DNA of 64,000 nt from Aggregatilineales bacterium. GTDB taxonomy: Bacteria; Chloroflexota; Anaerolineae; Aggregatilineales; Ch27. Position numbers and translations under genes: made by a program. The stretch covers positions 85,683 to 149,682 of the forward strand of contig JARKNX010000133.1 in NCBI GenBank assembly GCA_029976025.1, given 5' to 3'. The stretch's first letter is position 1, and each line of letters starts with the position of its first letter. Under the pieces are notes generated by a model, which saw only the letters and a program-made list of their open reading frames with translations, was not told the DNA's origin and did no database searches. This document shows positions 15,631 to 28,728 of the stretch, piece after piece.

Positions 15631-16548
15631 ATGGATAATACCCTCATGTTCCTGCTGATTGTCCTGGGGATGGCGCTGGCGCTGGCGATCGGATACGTCC
15701 TGGCCAGGCGGGCCGCCGCCGCCGGAGATATCGACCGGCGGCTGAGCGCGATCGAGAAACTGCTCAGCGACCGGCAGGTCATCGAGCAGCGGACAGACGC
15801 CTCTATCCGACGGCTGGAGATCGTGCTCGCCGGAGCGCAGACAAAGGGCGCTGCCGGCGAGAACATCGTGGAGTCCTTCCTGGCCGTCCTGCCGGCTGAT
15901 TGGCAGGTGCGCGATTTTAAGATGAACGGCAAAACGGTCGAGTTCGGCCTGCGCCTGCCCGGCGGCCTGATCCTGCCGATTGACAGCAAATGGCCGGCTA
16001 CTCATCTGCTGGAGCAATACGCCGCTGCTAAGCCAGAGGAACGGGACCAGCTGAAGCAGCAGATCGGAAAAACAGTCCGGGAAAAAGCGCGGGAGGTGGA
16101 GAAGTATCTCGACCCGTCCCTGACTACGCCGTTCGGCATCGCTGTCGTGCCGGACGCGGTGTATGACCTCTGCGCTGAGGAGCGGGTGGCGCTGTTCCGC
16201 CACAATATCACCCTGATCAGCTACAGCCTGCTCGTGCCGTACCTGCTGCTGGTCTATCACACGGTGCTGCGAAGCGGCCAGACGCCGGACAGCCGCCGCC
16301 TGGAGGCTTATCTGAGCAGCGTAGAAGGGGCGCTCGATACTCTATCCGATGAGATGGACGGGCGCTTCGCCGGTGCCCTGAAGAGGCTGGAAAACAGCCG
16401 GCGCTCTATGCAAACGACGCTTGGCCAGGTCAGGAGCGGCCTGAGCGGCCTCCGTATAATGTCTGACAACGGTCATACGTCGCCGGAAGAACAGGCTCCG
16501 GCGGCGCTGCCAGAATTCACCGGGGCCGAAGACAGCCCTGAGCAGTGA
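15631..16548 (+). CDS. rmuC: RmuC-family DNA recombination/nuclease-like protein (short form with N-terminal TM helix)
   Basis: N-terminal TM helix LMFLLIVLGMALALAIGYVLA, then a coiled coil. The segment VEFGLRLPGGLILPIDSKWP...REVEKYLDP...FGIAVVPDAVY resembles the RmuC core. Assigned from memory of the family. Confidence 0.55.
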   Translation: MDNTLMFLLIVLGMALALAIGYVLARRAAAAGDIDRRLSAIEKLLSDRQVIEQRTDASIRRLEIVLAGAQTKGAAGENIVESFLAVLPADWQVRDFKMNGKTVEFGLRLPGGLILPIDSKWPATHLLEQYAAAKPEERDQLKQQIGKTVREKAREVEKYLDPSLTTPFGIAVVPDAVYDLCAEERVALFRHNITLISYSLLVPYLLLVYHTVLRSGQTPDSRRLEAYLSSVEGALDTLSDEMDGRFAGALKRLENSRRSMQTTLGQVRSGLSGLRIMSDNGHTSPEEQAPAALPEFTGAEDSPEQ

Positions 16549-16590
16549 CGCTTGTGGCAGGGGCGGAACAGGCGCAGCCCCGTGACCGCA

Positions 16591-17322
16591 TCAAAGGGGA
16601 TACACAGCGATACCCAGCGCCGCCCCGATAGCCACCAGCAGCGGCGCGATCACCAGCGCCGGCAGGAAGTTCGCCACGCGCGGCTGCTTGATCTCCAGTT
16701 GCACCAGAGCCAGCCCGATCAGGAGCACGCCGCCGGCGGCCGACATCTCCGCGATCATGGGGTCGGTCATGAAGCCCCCGGCCAGCGCGCCCATCAGGGC
16801 CAGCCCGCCCTGCACCACGACGACGGTGATGATGCTGAACAGCACCCCCACCCCCATGGCTGAGGCAAAGGCCAGCGCCGCGAAGCCATCCAGCACGCTT
16901 TTGATCGCCAGCAGCTCATACTGGCCGGTCATGCCGTCCTGAATGGAGCCGAGCACCGTCAGCGGCCCGACGCAAAAGAGCAGGCTGGCGGTGACGAACC
17001 CGTTGATGAAACGTGCGCGCTCATCCCGCCCGGAACCGGGGCTGCCGGAGCCGCCGAAACGCTGCTGGAGCCAGCCGCCGAATCCGCGCAGCCGCCCGTC
17101 CAGATTCAACAGCTCGCCGAGGATCACGCCGGAGACTACCGCCAGCAGGGGGATGATGATGTTGCCGGTGCGCTGGGCGTTGGTGACGCCGACCGCCAGT
17201 GTGACCAGCCCCAGGCCGGTAATCACCGATTCGCGCACGCGCTCCGGCAGACGATCGCCAATCAGGACGCCCAGCGTGCCGCCGATGGCGACCGTCACGA
17301 CATTCAGCAATGTGCCGATCAT
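16591..17322 (-). CDS. DUF554-family integral membrane protein
   Basis: MIGTLLNVVTVAIGGTLGVLIGDRLPERVRESVITGLGLVTLAVGV is a typical DUF554 (YdfK/YqgA-like) N-terminus. Multiple TM helices. 243 aa. Confidence 0.7.
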   Translation of the reverse strand: MIGTLLNVVTVAIGGTLGVLIGDRLPERVRESVITGLGLVTLAVGVTNAQRTGNIIIPLLAVVSGVILGELLNLDGRLRGFGGWLQQRFGGSGSPGSGRDERARFINGFVTASLLFCVGPLTVLGSIQDGMTGQYELLAIKSVLDGFAALAFASAMGVGVLFSIITVVVVQGGLALMGALAGGFMTDPMIAEMSAAGGVLLIGLALVQLEIKQPRVANFLPALVIAPLLVAIGAALGIAVYPL

Positions 17323-17421
17323 GAAGATTCTTTGCTCCGATGTGCGTGAGAAGGGCGCACAGGCAGCGGCACTGCCCGTGCGCCCCGTAGAGTCAGAAGC
17401 GGGTGGGAGGAGGCCCCCATC

Positions 17422-21840
<4,419 letters not shown>

Positions 21841-22089
21841 CAGGTTAGCTCCTGATCAATGCCAAAAACAGTATTCAAATGTTGTTACAATCATACCATA
21901 ATCCTACCCATAACAGGATTGTACCCCGGCAGGGGAATCCCCGGGTCTGTACCGCCTGATTTTATGATAATTTCACAGACCGGGGAAATAGCAACCGTGG
22001 CCATGAGGCGCGCCCCGATGCCGGAGAGCATGGCGGAGGCGTTCCCTGCCGGCTTTTGCGCCCCGCTGCTTCAGGATAGCCGGGCCTGG

Positions 22090-23814
22090 TCAGCCGGCAG
22101 GGGCGCCCCCGGCCGCCGGATTCGGGAACTGGAAGGTACATCTCCCCGCGGCGGCGCTGCAGACCTGGACCACTTCATCGTTCACCAGCACTGTGAAATC
22201 CTCTCCGGCGGCCCAGTACAGAGTATCCGGATGAATCTGGGAGAGCCGGTAGGCCGGATTCGGGCAGTTAGACGGCGGCGGCAGAGCGCCTTCCTGCAGC
22301 AGGCGCATCCACGTGCACTGGTTAGGCGGCAGCAGGTACCCCAACTGCTCAGCGGTGTAGACCTCCCCCTCCGCTGGCCACTGCAAGATCAGCCCGTTCA
22401 GCGGCACGGTATAGGGCGTCATGTTGTGCAGGGCGAGCCGGCCCCGGTCGTAAAGGATCTCGAATGGGAGGACCGCATCGGGCGGGATAGTCAGGGTGTC
22501 AGTCGCGACAACGCTGCCGCCAGCCTCATTTTCGGTTTCCGGCGCGTTCTCTGGCTGCGCCTGGCCGATCTGGCCGATATGGCTGAACACCCCCTGCACG
22601 ACATCCTGAATTGGGCGCGGCAGGGCCAGACTCTGGCCATTTATCAGCCAGAAGCCGACTATCCCCCCCACCACGATCAACAGCAGCGCAATCGCCGGGA
22701 TGACGCCCACACGCCGCCGTTTCGCCCGCCTGACGGCTGGTGCTGAGGCGGGCGCTGCCTGTTCCATCGGGGCGTCCGGCCCGGTCTCGCGGAACTGCAG
22801 GGTGCTTTTCTCTGGCTTGCGTTCCGACGGCGTGTGCGTTGGCACGGACGGCGCTTCCGCAGGCGGGCTTGCCGGCGCCGCCTCGGGGACGCTAGCGCCA
22901 TCGCGCGCGCTGGCTCTGTCGCGGTCGGCTGCTGGTGCCGCCCCGGCTTCCTGGTAAGCCGCCGCCAGGGCGCGGGCGAAATCCCCGGCGGTCTGGTAGC
23001 GGCGCTCTGGCTCCTTCGCCAGCGCCCGGAGGATGACATCCTCGACAGCCTGAGGGATTTGCGGGTTGAGGCTGCGCGGCCGGGGCGGCTCGCTGGTGAT
23101 GTGGTACAGGGCGATGCTCATCGGCGATTCGTCCTGGAATGGCACCTGCCCGGTGAGCATTTCAAAGACGACCACGGCCAGCGAATAGATATCGGTCTGT
23201 GGGACGGCTTTCTGCGATGAGACGGCCTGCTCCGGGGCGATATAGCGCGGCGTGCCGAAAGCGGTGCCCATCGTGCTGGCCCCGCCCAGCTTCATCGCCA
23301 GCCCGAAGTCAGTCAGGATAGCCCGGTTGTTGGCGTTGGCGTCGAAAAGGATGTTCGACGGCTTGATATCGCGGTGGATGATCCCCCGCGCGTGGGCGTA
23401 ATCGAGCGCGGCGCACACGTCGTGGACGATGCTCAGCACGCGCTCCGTCGGGATGAGCTGCCCGGAGCGGCGGGCCAGACGCATGACCTGGCCCAGGGTC
23501 TCCCCCTGGATCAGCTTCATCGCGATGAAGAACTGGGTCGGCGTCTCTCCGTACTGGTAGATGGTGATGATGTTGGGGTGGTCGAAGCTGGCGATGGCGC
23601 GCGCTTCCAGCTTGAAGCGCTCAATAATGCGCTCATCTTCTTTTTCTTTTTCATCCGGGGTGATTTCAACGACCTTGATCGCCGCCGGACGGCCCAGATT
23701 TTCGTCCAGGCCGCGATAGACCCGGGCCATACCCCCGCGCCCGATCAATTCCTGAATGGCATAATCCCCCAGGCGTGCGCCGATCAGGGAATCAGCAGGT
23801 TTTCGTGCTGTCAT
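22090..23814 (-). CDS. Transmembrane Ser/Thr protein kinase (Hanks type)
   Basis: IGRGGMARVYRG (Gly loop), AIKV, HRDIKPSNILF, DFGLA, GTPRYIAPE. TM helix VIPAIALLLIVVGGIVGFWLI. About 170 aa of extracytoplasmic C-terminus with no PASTA motifs. Confidence 0.9.
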   Translation of the reverse strand: MTARKPADSLIGARLGDYAIQELIGRGGMARVYRGLDENLGRPAAIKVVEITPDEKEKEDERIIERFKLEARAIASFDHPNIITIYQYGETPTQFFIAMKLIQGETLGQVMRLARRSGQLIPTERVLSIVHDVCAALDYAHARGIIHRDIKPSNILFDANANNRAILTDFGLAMKLGGASTMGTAFGTPRYIAPEQAVSSQKAVPQTDIYSLAVVVFEMLTGQVPFQDESPMSIALYHITSEPPRPRSLNPQIPQAVEDVILRALAKEPERRYQTAGDFARALAAAYQEAGAAPAADRDRASARDGASVPEAAPASPPAEAPSVPTHTPSERKPEKSTLQFRETGPDAPMEQAAPASAPAVRRAKRRRVGVIPAIALLLIVVGGIVGFWLINGQSLALPRPIQDVVQGVFSHIGQIGQAQPENAPETENEAGGSVVATDTLTIPPDAVLPFEILYDRGRLALHNMTPYTVPLNGLILQWPAEGEVYTAEQLGYLLPPNQCTWMRLLQEGALPPPSNCPNPAYRLSQIHPDTLYWAAGEDFTVLVNDEVVQVCSAAAGRCTFQFPNPAAGGAPAG

Positions 23815-23884
23815 AGACCAGACCGTCCGCGGGTATGATCCTCAGTCGCCTGTTGTGTGAATCAGAATTTGAAGATGGGGGGCG

Positions 23885-25057
23885 CTACCGCTGAAGCACC
23901 CCCATCTGCTGCGCTTCTTCGTAAGTCAGGCGCTCGCCGGCCAACTGTTCCGCCGCGATTTCGGCCAGCTTATCCGGGTCAAACAGCTCGTCGGCCTTGG
24001 CGAGGTCCAGTTTGCCCAGGCCGGCCAGCATAGCTTCCAGATCGGCATCTTCCGGCAACGGCTCCAGCGCAGGTGGCCGGGGCGGGACATAGTCCTCGGC
24101 TGCCGGTTTGGCTGGCGGGGGCGCTTCGACTGGCTTCGAGGCCGCCGCCGGGGCTGCTTTGCCCGCCGCTTTGCCCGTCGCTCTGGGGGCGGGGGGCGGA
24201 GGAGGGGCCGCCGCAACCGGCTGGAACTTGAAGGCCGTGTCGCCGATGATCTTCAGCATCTCCTGCACCGCCCGGCGCCCGTAGGTTGTGACTGACCCGA
24301 AGGCGCTCTTCCCGGCTGATCCCTCGAAGATCAGGCAGATGAAGTGGTGAAAGCCCACTGTCAGCGCGAAGATGTCGAACTCATCGCCGTCGTAGAAGTG
24401 CATGGCGTGCGGTCTGCTGCCGCCAACCAGCGGGCCGATGGTGAACATATTCGCGAAGTTAGGGGCCAGCGTCTCCGTCAGGCGGTCGCGGTCCAGGTAG
24501 CCAACCGCCCCCAGCTCTTGCAGGATCGCGCCCTGGCGATCGACCAGCACGACGGCCATCGCCCCCACTTCAGTCAGGATGGTGCTGAGCGGCTCGCTGA
24601 GGGCAGCTACATCGACTTCCGGTATTGGCCCCAGATCGGTTGTGGGGGGTGCCTCCGACTTCTGTTCCTTTTCGGCGGGGCGTTCGCCTTCCAGCAGGGC
24701 GCGCAGGATGTGGACGAACCGTTCGCCCTCGCGCGAGCGCACCAGATAGTAGAAAGAAGCCTGTATCTGTGTCTCGTCTACGATCTCCGGGTCCTGAGCG
24801 CCCGCCAGCAGGATGATCGGGAGGCTGGAGTCCACTTTGCTGGTCTTGAGGGCCAGATCAAAGCCGGACATATCGGAGAGGCCGAAGGCTGTGATGAGCA
24901 GGGTGACTCCACCACGCCGGATTTCTTCCAGCGCCGCTTCTCCCGAGCGGACCTCGATGATCGTCGCCGTATGCTCCACCAGCCCCAGCGCAGCGCGCGT
25001 GATGCTGGGGACAAGCGTCGTGTCGTCAGCCGCAATGATACGTTGTGAAGAGACCAT
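23885..25057 (-). CDS. Receiver-like (pseudo-receiver) / Roadblock-LC7-like fusion protein with Pro/Ala/Lys-rich tail
   Basis: REC-like N-terminus IIAADDTT...GGVTLLITAFGLSDMSGFDL. By alignment, Ala occupies the phospho-acceptor position (codon 24887-24889). The middle segment AMAVVLVDRQGAILQELG...FDIFALTVGFHHFICLIFEG resembles Roadblock/LC7 (MglB-like). A low-complexity PPPPPAPRATGKAAGKAAPAA tail follows. Confidence 0.7.
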   Translation of the reverse strand: MVSSQRIIAADDTTLVPSITRAALGLVEHTATIIEVRSGEAALEEIRRGGVTLLITAFGLSDMSGFDLALKTSKVDSSLPIILLAGAQDPEIVDETQIQASFYYLVRSREGERFVHILRALLEGERPAEKEQKSEAPPTTDLGPIPEVDVAALSEPLSTILTEVGAMAVVLVDRQGAILQELGAVGYLDRDRLTETLAPNFANMFTIGPLVGGSRPHAMHFYDGDEFDIFALTVGFHHFICLIFEGSAGKSAFGSVTTYGRRAVQEMLKIIGDTAFKFQPVAAAPPPPPAPRATGKAAGKAAPAAASKPVEAPPPAKPAAEDYVPPRPPALEPLPEDADLEAMLAGLGKLDLAKADELFDPDKLAEIAAEQLAGERLTYEEAQQMGVLQR

Positions 25058-25290
25058 GATCTACCACCGTCAGGATATAACCCGCTTCCTATATTGCAGA
25101 TTATACTCCAGTCTGACCCTGTATGCCCCCCGCTTTTATGAGAAGCTGCCGGCCGGGGGGCGGCCGGACTATCTGCATTATACTCCAGGGTGCGCCGGCG
25201 GGGACAATGGCCCATAAGTGGGGAAAGATGGGCCGGCCTTCAACAGGCGGGATTTTGTTTCATCCGGCCAACAGTGGTATCGTGGAAGTC

Positions 25291-25950
25291 ATGACGCTGA
25301 TAACGACTCCTGATGACGATGGGCAGCTCATTGAGCGGCTGAAGGCCGGCGATCAGGCGGCTTACGCCGAGATGGTCGATGCCCACGCCGGGCGCATCTA
25401 CCATCTGGCGCTGCGCATGGTGGGCGACGAGGCCGCCGCTGAGGATATCCTGCAGGAGACTTTCCTCAACGCCTTCCGGGCGATTCAGAGCTTTGAGGGC
25501 CGGGCGCAGTTGGGAACCTGGCTATACCGCATCGCCAGCAATATGGCCCTGATGCACCTGCGCAAAAAGCAGCCGGTTACATTCTCGCTGGACGCGCCGG
25601 CGGAGAATACAGACGGCGACGATCTGCCGCGCCAGTTCTTCGATTTTTGCTGCCTGCCGGAGCGCGACCTGCTGACCGACGAGGCCCGCGCGGAGCTTTT
25701 CGCCGCCGTTGATGACCTGCCGGAGACGCTGCGCGTGGTTTTTGTGCTGCGCGATCTGGAGGGATTGAGCACGCAGGAAACCGCCGAAGCGCTCGATCTG
25801 AGTGTACCAGCGGTCAAGACGCGCCTGATGCGCGCCCGCCTGGCCCTGCGCGAGCGCCTGTCCGCGTACTTCGCCCACAGCACGATCTCCGCCGAAACCG
25901 GCGGCGCGCTCCCTGGCGCGGTCAGCCCTCAGCCTGACGCGCGACTGTGA
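25291..25950 (+). CDS. ECF-type RNA polymerase sigma-70 factor
   Basis: Start moved to the ATG at 25291 (MTLITTPDDDGQLIERLKAGDQAAY). Region 2: ILQETFLNAFRAIQSFEGRAQLGTWLYRIASNMALMHLRKK. Region 4: LPETLRVVFVLRDLEGLSTQETAEALDLSVPAVKTRLMRARLALR. The ORF-track extension from 25123 is Arg/Gly-rich and looks non-genuine. Confidence 0.85.
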   Translation: MTLITTPDDDGQLIERLKAGDQAAYAEMVDAHAGRIYHLALRMVGDEAAAEDILQETFLNAFRAIQSFEGRAQLGTWLYRIASNMALMHLRKKQPVTFSLDAPAENTDGDDLPRQFFDFCCLPERDLLTDEARAELFAAVDDLPETLRVVFVLRDLEGLSTQETAEALDLSVPAVKTRLMRARLALRERLSAYFAHSTISAETGGALPGAVSPQPDARL

Positions 25951-26237
25951 GGGATATGATGCCCGATCTTCACCACCCTGACGAGGCGCACCGTTCGCCC
26001 GACTGTCGCCAGATGCTGTCCCGCCTTTCTGACTACGTGGACGGCGAGCTGGATGAAGCCCTGTGCCGCGAGCTGGAGCTGCATATGGCCGGCTGTGAGA
26101 ACTGCCGGATCGTGGTGGACACGCTGCGTATGACGGTTGATCTGGTGCACACCGCGCCGGCCCCTGATCTGCCGGAGGAGGTGCGGACCCGGCTGTATGT
26201 CTCACTCAGACTGGACCCCTACCTCAAGCGGAAATAG
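25947..26237 (+). CDS. Zinc-binding (ZAS) anti-sigma factor
   Basis: Overlaps the sigma-gene stop by 4 nt (GTGA). H-x3-C-x2-C motif in LELHMAGCENCRIVV, plus an upstream Cys (PDCRQML). Confidence 0.75.
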   Translation: MRDMMPDLHHPDEAHRSPDCRQMLSRLSDYVDGELDEALCRELELHMAGCENCRIVVDTLRMTVDLVHTAPAPDLPEEVRTRLYVSLRLDPYLKRK

Positions 26238-26298
26238 CCGCCCACGACGTTGGAGCGCCAATGACACGAGCACCAGGACCATCGAAGGAAAGCCCGGC

Positions 26299-26748
26299 AT
26301 GGCCGGACGTTTTGCTCACCTGCGCGTGATTCTGGCGATCGCTATCCTGACCCTGTTCACGATCATCTGGATGGGGATGCTGCTGATCTTCGCCGTGGGC
26401 GGCATCCAGCAGGCCGTGGCCGACCGGGGGCAGATCGCTGGCGGGGGGCAGGCGGCCCTGTTCGCCGCCGCCGGACGCCGCTACCTGCCGCTGCGGCCCT
26501 ACCTGCCGATCGGCGAGCCAGTCGGCTACATCGCCGACCAGCCCGCGGAAGATAGCGGGTACGTGCGGGCGCTGTACACCCTGCCGCCGGCGGTGATCGT
26601 GGAGGGCGCCGCCTGCTGCGATCTGGCTATCGGCGATTTCTCCAGCAGCGCCGCCGCCGCTGATTTTGTGGCCCGGGATGTATGGCGGCTCTCCGCTGAC
26701 CTGGGCGACGGCCTGGTCCTGCTGGAGAGGGCCGGGAGGACGCCATGA
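26299..26748 (+). CDS. Small membrane-anchored hypothetical protein
   Basis: ATG at 26299 (MAGRFAHLRVILAIAILTLFTIIWMGMLLIFAV, a TM helix). Its stop overlaps the next gene's start (ATGA at 26745-26748). Confidence 0.55.
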   Translation: MAGRFAHLRVILAIAILTLFTIIWMGMLLIFAVGGIQQAVADRGQIAGGGQAALFAAAGRRYLPLRPYLPIGEPVGYIADQPAEDSGYVRALYTLPPAVIVEGAACCDLAIGDFSSSAAAADFVARDVWRLSADLGDGLVLLERAGRTP

Positions 26749-28184
26749 GCGCGCCCCTGCCCGGAATTTTAGCCGGGCTGATCCTGCCGGAGATCGTCGG
26801 CCTGCTGCTGGCTTACGCGATCTACCCCTCCTGGCGGCGGCTTCCCGACGGGCGGGCGCTGTGGGTCCTCGTGGCGGCGGGGGGCGGCGTCGGCCTGACC
26901 GCCTGCCTGTTCTTCTGGGGGTTGGTCGCATTAGGGCCGGCGCTCCCGGCCACGCTGGCGCTGGAGCTGGGGCTGCTGGCGCTGGCCGCCGGAGCGGCTT
27001 TCTGGCGGGCGCGCCGCCGGGGGACGCCCGCCGACATTCCGCCTGACCCGCGCCCGGCGCCGCCGCACGGGCTTTACGGCCGCCTGCTGACCGGAACGTT
27101 CGCGCTGGCGCTGGCTCTGTCCGGCCTGTTCAGCATCGCCGCTTTCACCTACGAGCCGCACGGCCGCTGGGACGCCTATGCGATCTGGAACTTGCGGGCG
27201 CGCTACCTGTTCGGCGGGGGCGATCAGTGGCGGGCCGGGTTCGATCCGGCCCTGGCCTGGACACACCCCGATTATCCCCTGCTGCTGCCCGGCTCGGTCG
27301 CCCGTCTGTGGCTCTACAGCGGAGAAGCGACGACGCTGGCTCCGATTCTGGTCGGCGGGCTGTTCACAGTCCTCACGGTGGGGCTGCTGGTCGCCGGCGT
27401 GAATGCCCTGCGGGGCCGGGAAGCGGCGCTGTGGGCCGGGTTGATGCTGGTTGGCACAATTACGTTCGTCCAGCATGGCGTCTACCAGTATGCCGACGTA
27501 CCCCTGAGCAGCCTGATTCTGGCGGCGGTGGTCCTGCTGACGGCTTACCTGCGCCGGGGGGAGGCCGGGCTGCTGGTGCTGGCGGGCGGCATGGCCGGCT
27601 TCGCCGCCTGGACCAAGAACGAGGGCCTGCTGTTCCTGCTGAGCAGCGCCGCCGTGCTCGGTGTATGGAGTCTGCGGCGCGGCGGGCTGGGACAGGCGGG
27701 CCGGGAGCTGGGCGGCTTCCTGCTCGGCGCGCTGCCCGCCCTCCTGACTGTCCTGCTGTTCAAGCTCACGCTCGCCCCTCCCAACGATCTGGTCAGCGGG
27801 CAGGGCGCGGAGACGGCGGCCCTCCTGACCGATCCTGCGCGCCTCTTGAGCATCATCACGGCATTCATTGACGGTATATTGGGGCTAGGAGTTGGTACGC
27901 CGCTGGTTCTGGCGATCTACAGCGCTCTGGTCGGAGGCCGGCACTTCCGGGCCGAATACCGGGTTCCGATCGCCATACTGGGGGGCGTCCTGGCCGGTTA
28001 TGTGCTGGTCTACCTGACCACGCCCCACGACCTGGCCTGGCACCTGGAAACATCCCTGGAGCGCCTGCTCGTGCATCTGTGGCCGGCGGCGCTGTTCCTG
28101 TTCTTCCTGATCGTGCCGCCGCCGGCCGAAGCCTGGCGGGCGCGCCGCGGAGCTGCCTCCAGAGCGGCGGCGCGATTCTCTTGA
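26745..28184 (+). CDS. Polytopic membrane protein, possible GT-C (family 39/ArnT-like) glycosyltransferase
   Basis: More than 10 predicted TM helices. An EPHGRWDAYAIWNLRARYLF-type loop follows the early helices, as in GT-C-like enzymes. The function assignment is weak. Confidence 0.5.
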   Translation: MSAPLPGILAGLILPEIVGLLLAYAIYPSWRRLPDGRALWVLVAAGGGVGLTACLFFWGLVALGPALPATLALELGLLALAAGAAFWRARRRGTPADIPPDPRPAPPHGLYGRLLTGTFALALALSGLFSIAAFTYEPHGRWDAYAIWNLRARYLFGGGDQWRAGFDPALAWTHPDYPLLLPGSVARLWLYSGEATTLAPILVGGLFTVLTVGLLVAGVNALRGREAALWAGLMLVGTITFVQHGVYQYADVPLSSLILAAVVLLTAYLRRGEAGLLVLAGGMAGFAAWTKNEGLLFLLSSAAVLGVWSLRRGGLGQAGRELGGFLLGALPALLTVLLFKLTLAPPNDLVSGQGAETAALLTDPARLLSIITAFIDGILGLGVGTPLVLAIYSALVGGRHFRAEYRVPIAILGGVLAGYVLVYLTTPHDLAWHLETSLERLLVHLWPAALFLFFLIVPPPAEAWRARRGAASRAAARFS

Positions 28185-28210
28185 CAGGCGGTTGCGGCTG
28201 CTGGTACACT
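28181..28210 (+). promoter_or_regulatory. Candidate sigma70-type promoter of the T-box leader
   Basis: TTGACA (28181-28186, overlapping the upstream TGA stop), 18 nt, TACACT (28205-28210). Confidence 0.5.
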
Positions 28211-28216
28211 GCAAGG

Positions 28217-28485
28217 CACACACGAACGACTCCGACGGAGCCGAGGTGGTGGCGCGTCCGGCTGGACGCCAACTCTTGCAGAGAGCTGCCGGGTGGTGCG
28301 AGGCGGCAGAGTTCCCCACCGAGTCCACTCCCGATCACGTCGCCCCGGTAACGCGGGGCCGGGTCCGCCCGTTAGCGCGAGGACAGTGAGCTTGCTCACT
28401 GTATGAGGCGGCGGCCATGAGGCCGGCGTAAATCCAGGTGGCACCACGAAGCCCCTTCGTCCTGGTTCAGACGGGGGCTTTTTCG
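28217..28485 (+). promoter_or_regulatory. T-box leader RNA (putatively tRNA-Ser responsive) with intrinsic terminator
   Basis: AG-bulge AGAGAG (28280-28285). Stem I distal helix CTGCCG (28286-28291) pairs with CGGCAG (28304-28309), with loop GGTGGTGCGAGG. Candidate specifier UCC followed by A (28324-28327). F-box CCGTTA (28369-28374). Stem III ACAGTGAG/CTCACTGT (28383-28402). T-box sequence AATCCAGGTGGCACCACG (28431-28448), with TGGC at 28439-28442. Terminator stem 28451-28461 pairs with 28470-28478, followed by TTTTT (28479-28483). serS lies downstream. Confidence 0.7.
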
Positions 28486-28502
28486 TTGTATAAGGAGGCA
28501 CC

Positions 28503-28673
28503 ATGTTCCAGTTTTTGACGCCGGAAGTCTGGGACGGCCTGGTCTGGGCTGTCATCCTGATTGGCGGGGCGCTGGCTATCCTGCGCCTGTATCGCGATCT
28601 CAGCGGCCCGCCGCGCTTTCGCGAGCCAGCGGAATCCGACGACCCTGCTGCGCCGGGTTCTGCTCCCCGGTAG
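28503..28673 (+). CDS. Small (56 aa) single-TM protein, absent from the supplied ORF track
   Basis: AAGGAGG at 28492-28498 sits 4 nt before the ATG at 28503. My translation is MFQFLTPEVWDGLVWAVILIGGALAILRLYRDLSGPPRFREPAESDDPAAPGSAPR, with TAG at 28671-28673. It has one hydrophobic helix. It lies between the T-box terminator and serS. Confidence 0.5.
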   Translation: MFQFLTPEVWDGLVWAVILIGGALAILRLYRDLSGPPRFREPAESDDPAAPGSAPR

Positions 28674-28728
28674 CATCACCCCCTATCCGCTTGCGCCTGC
28701 GATCATCGATCACTTATAGGAGCTTGCC

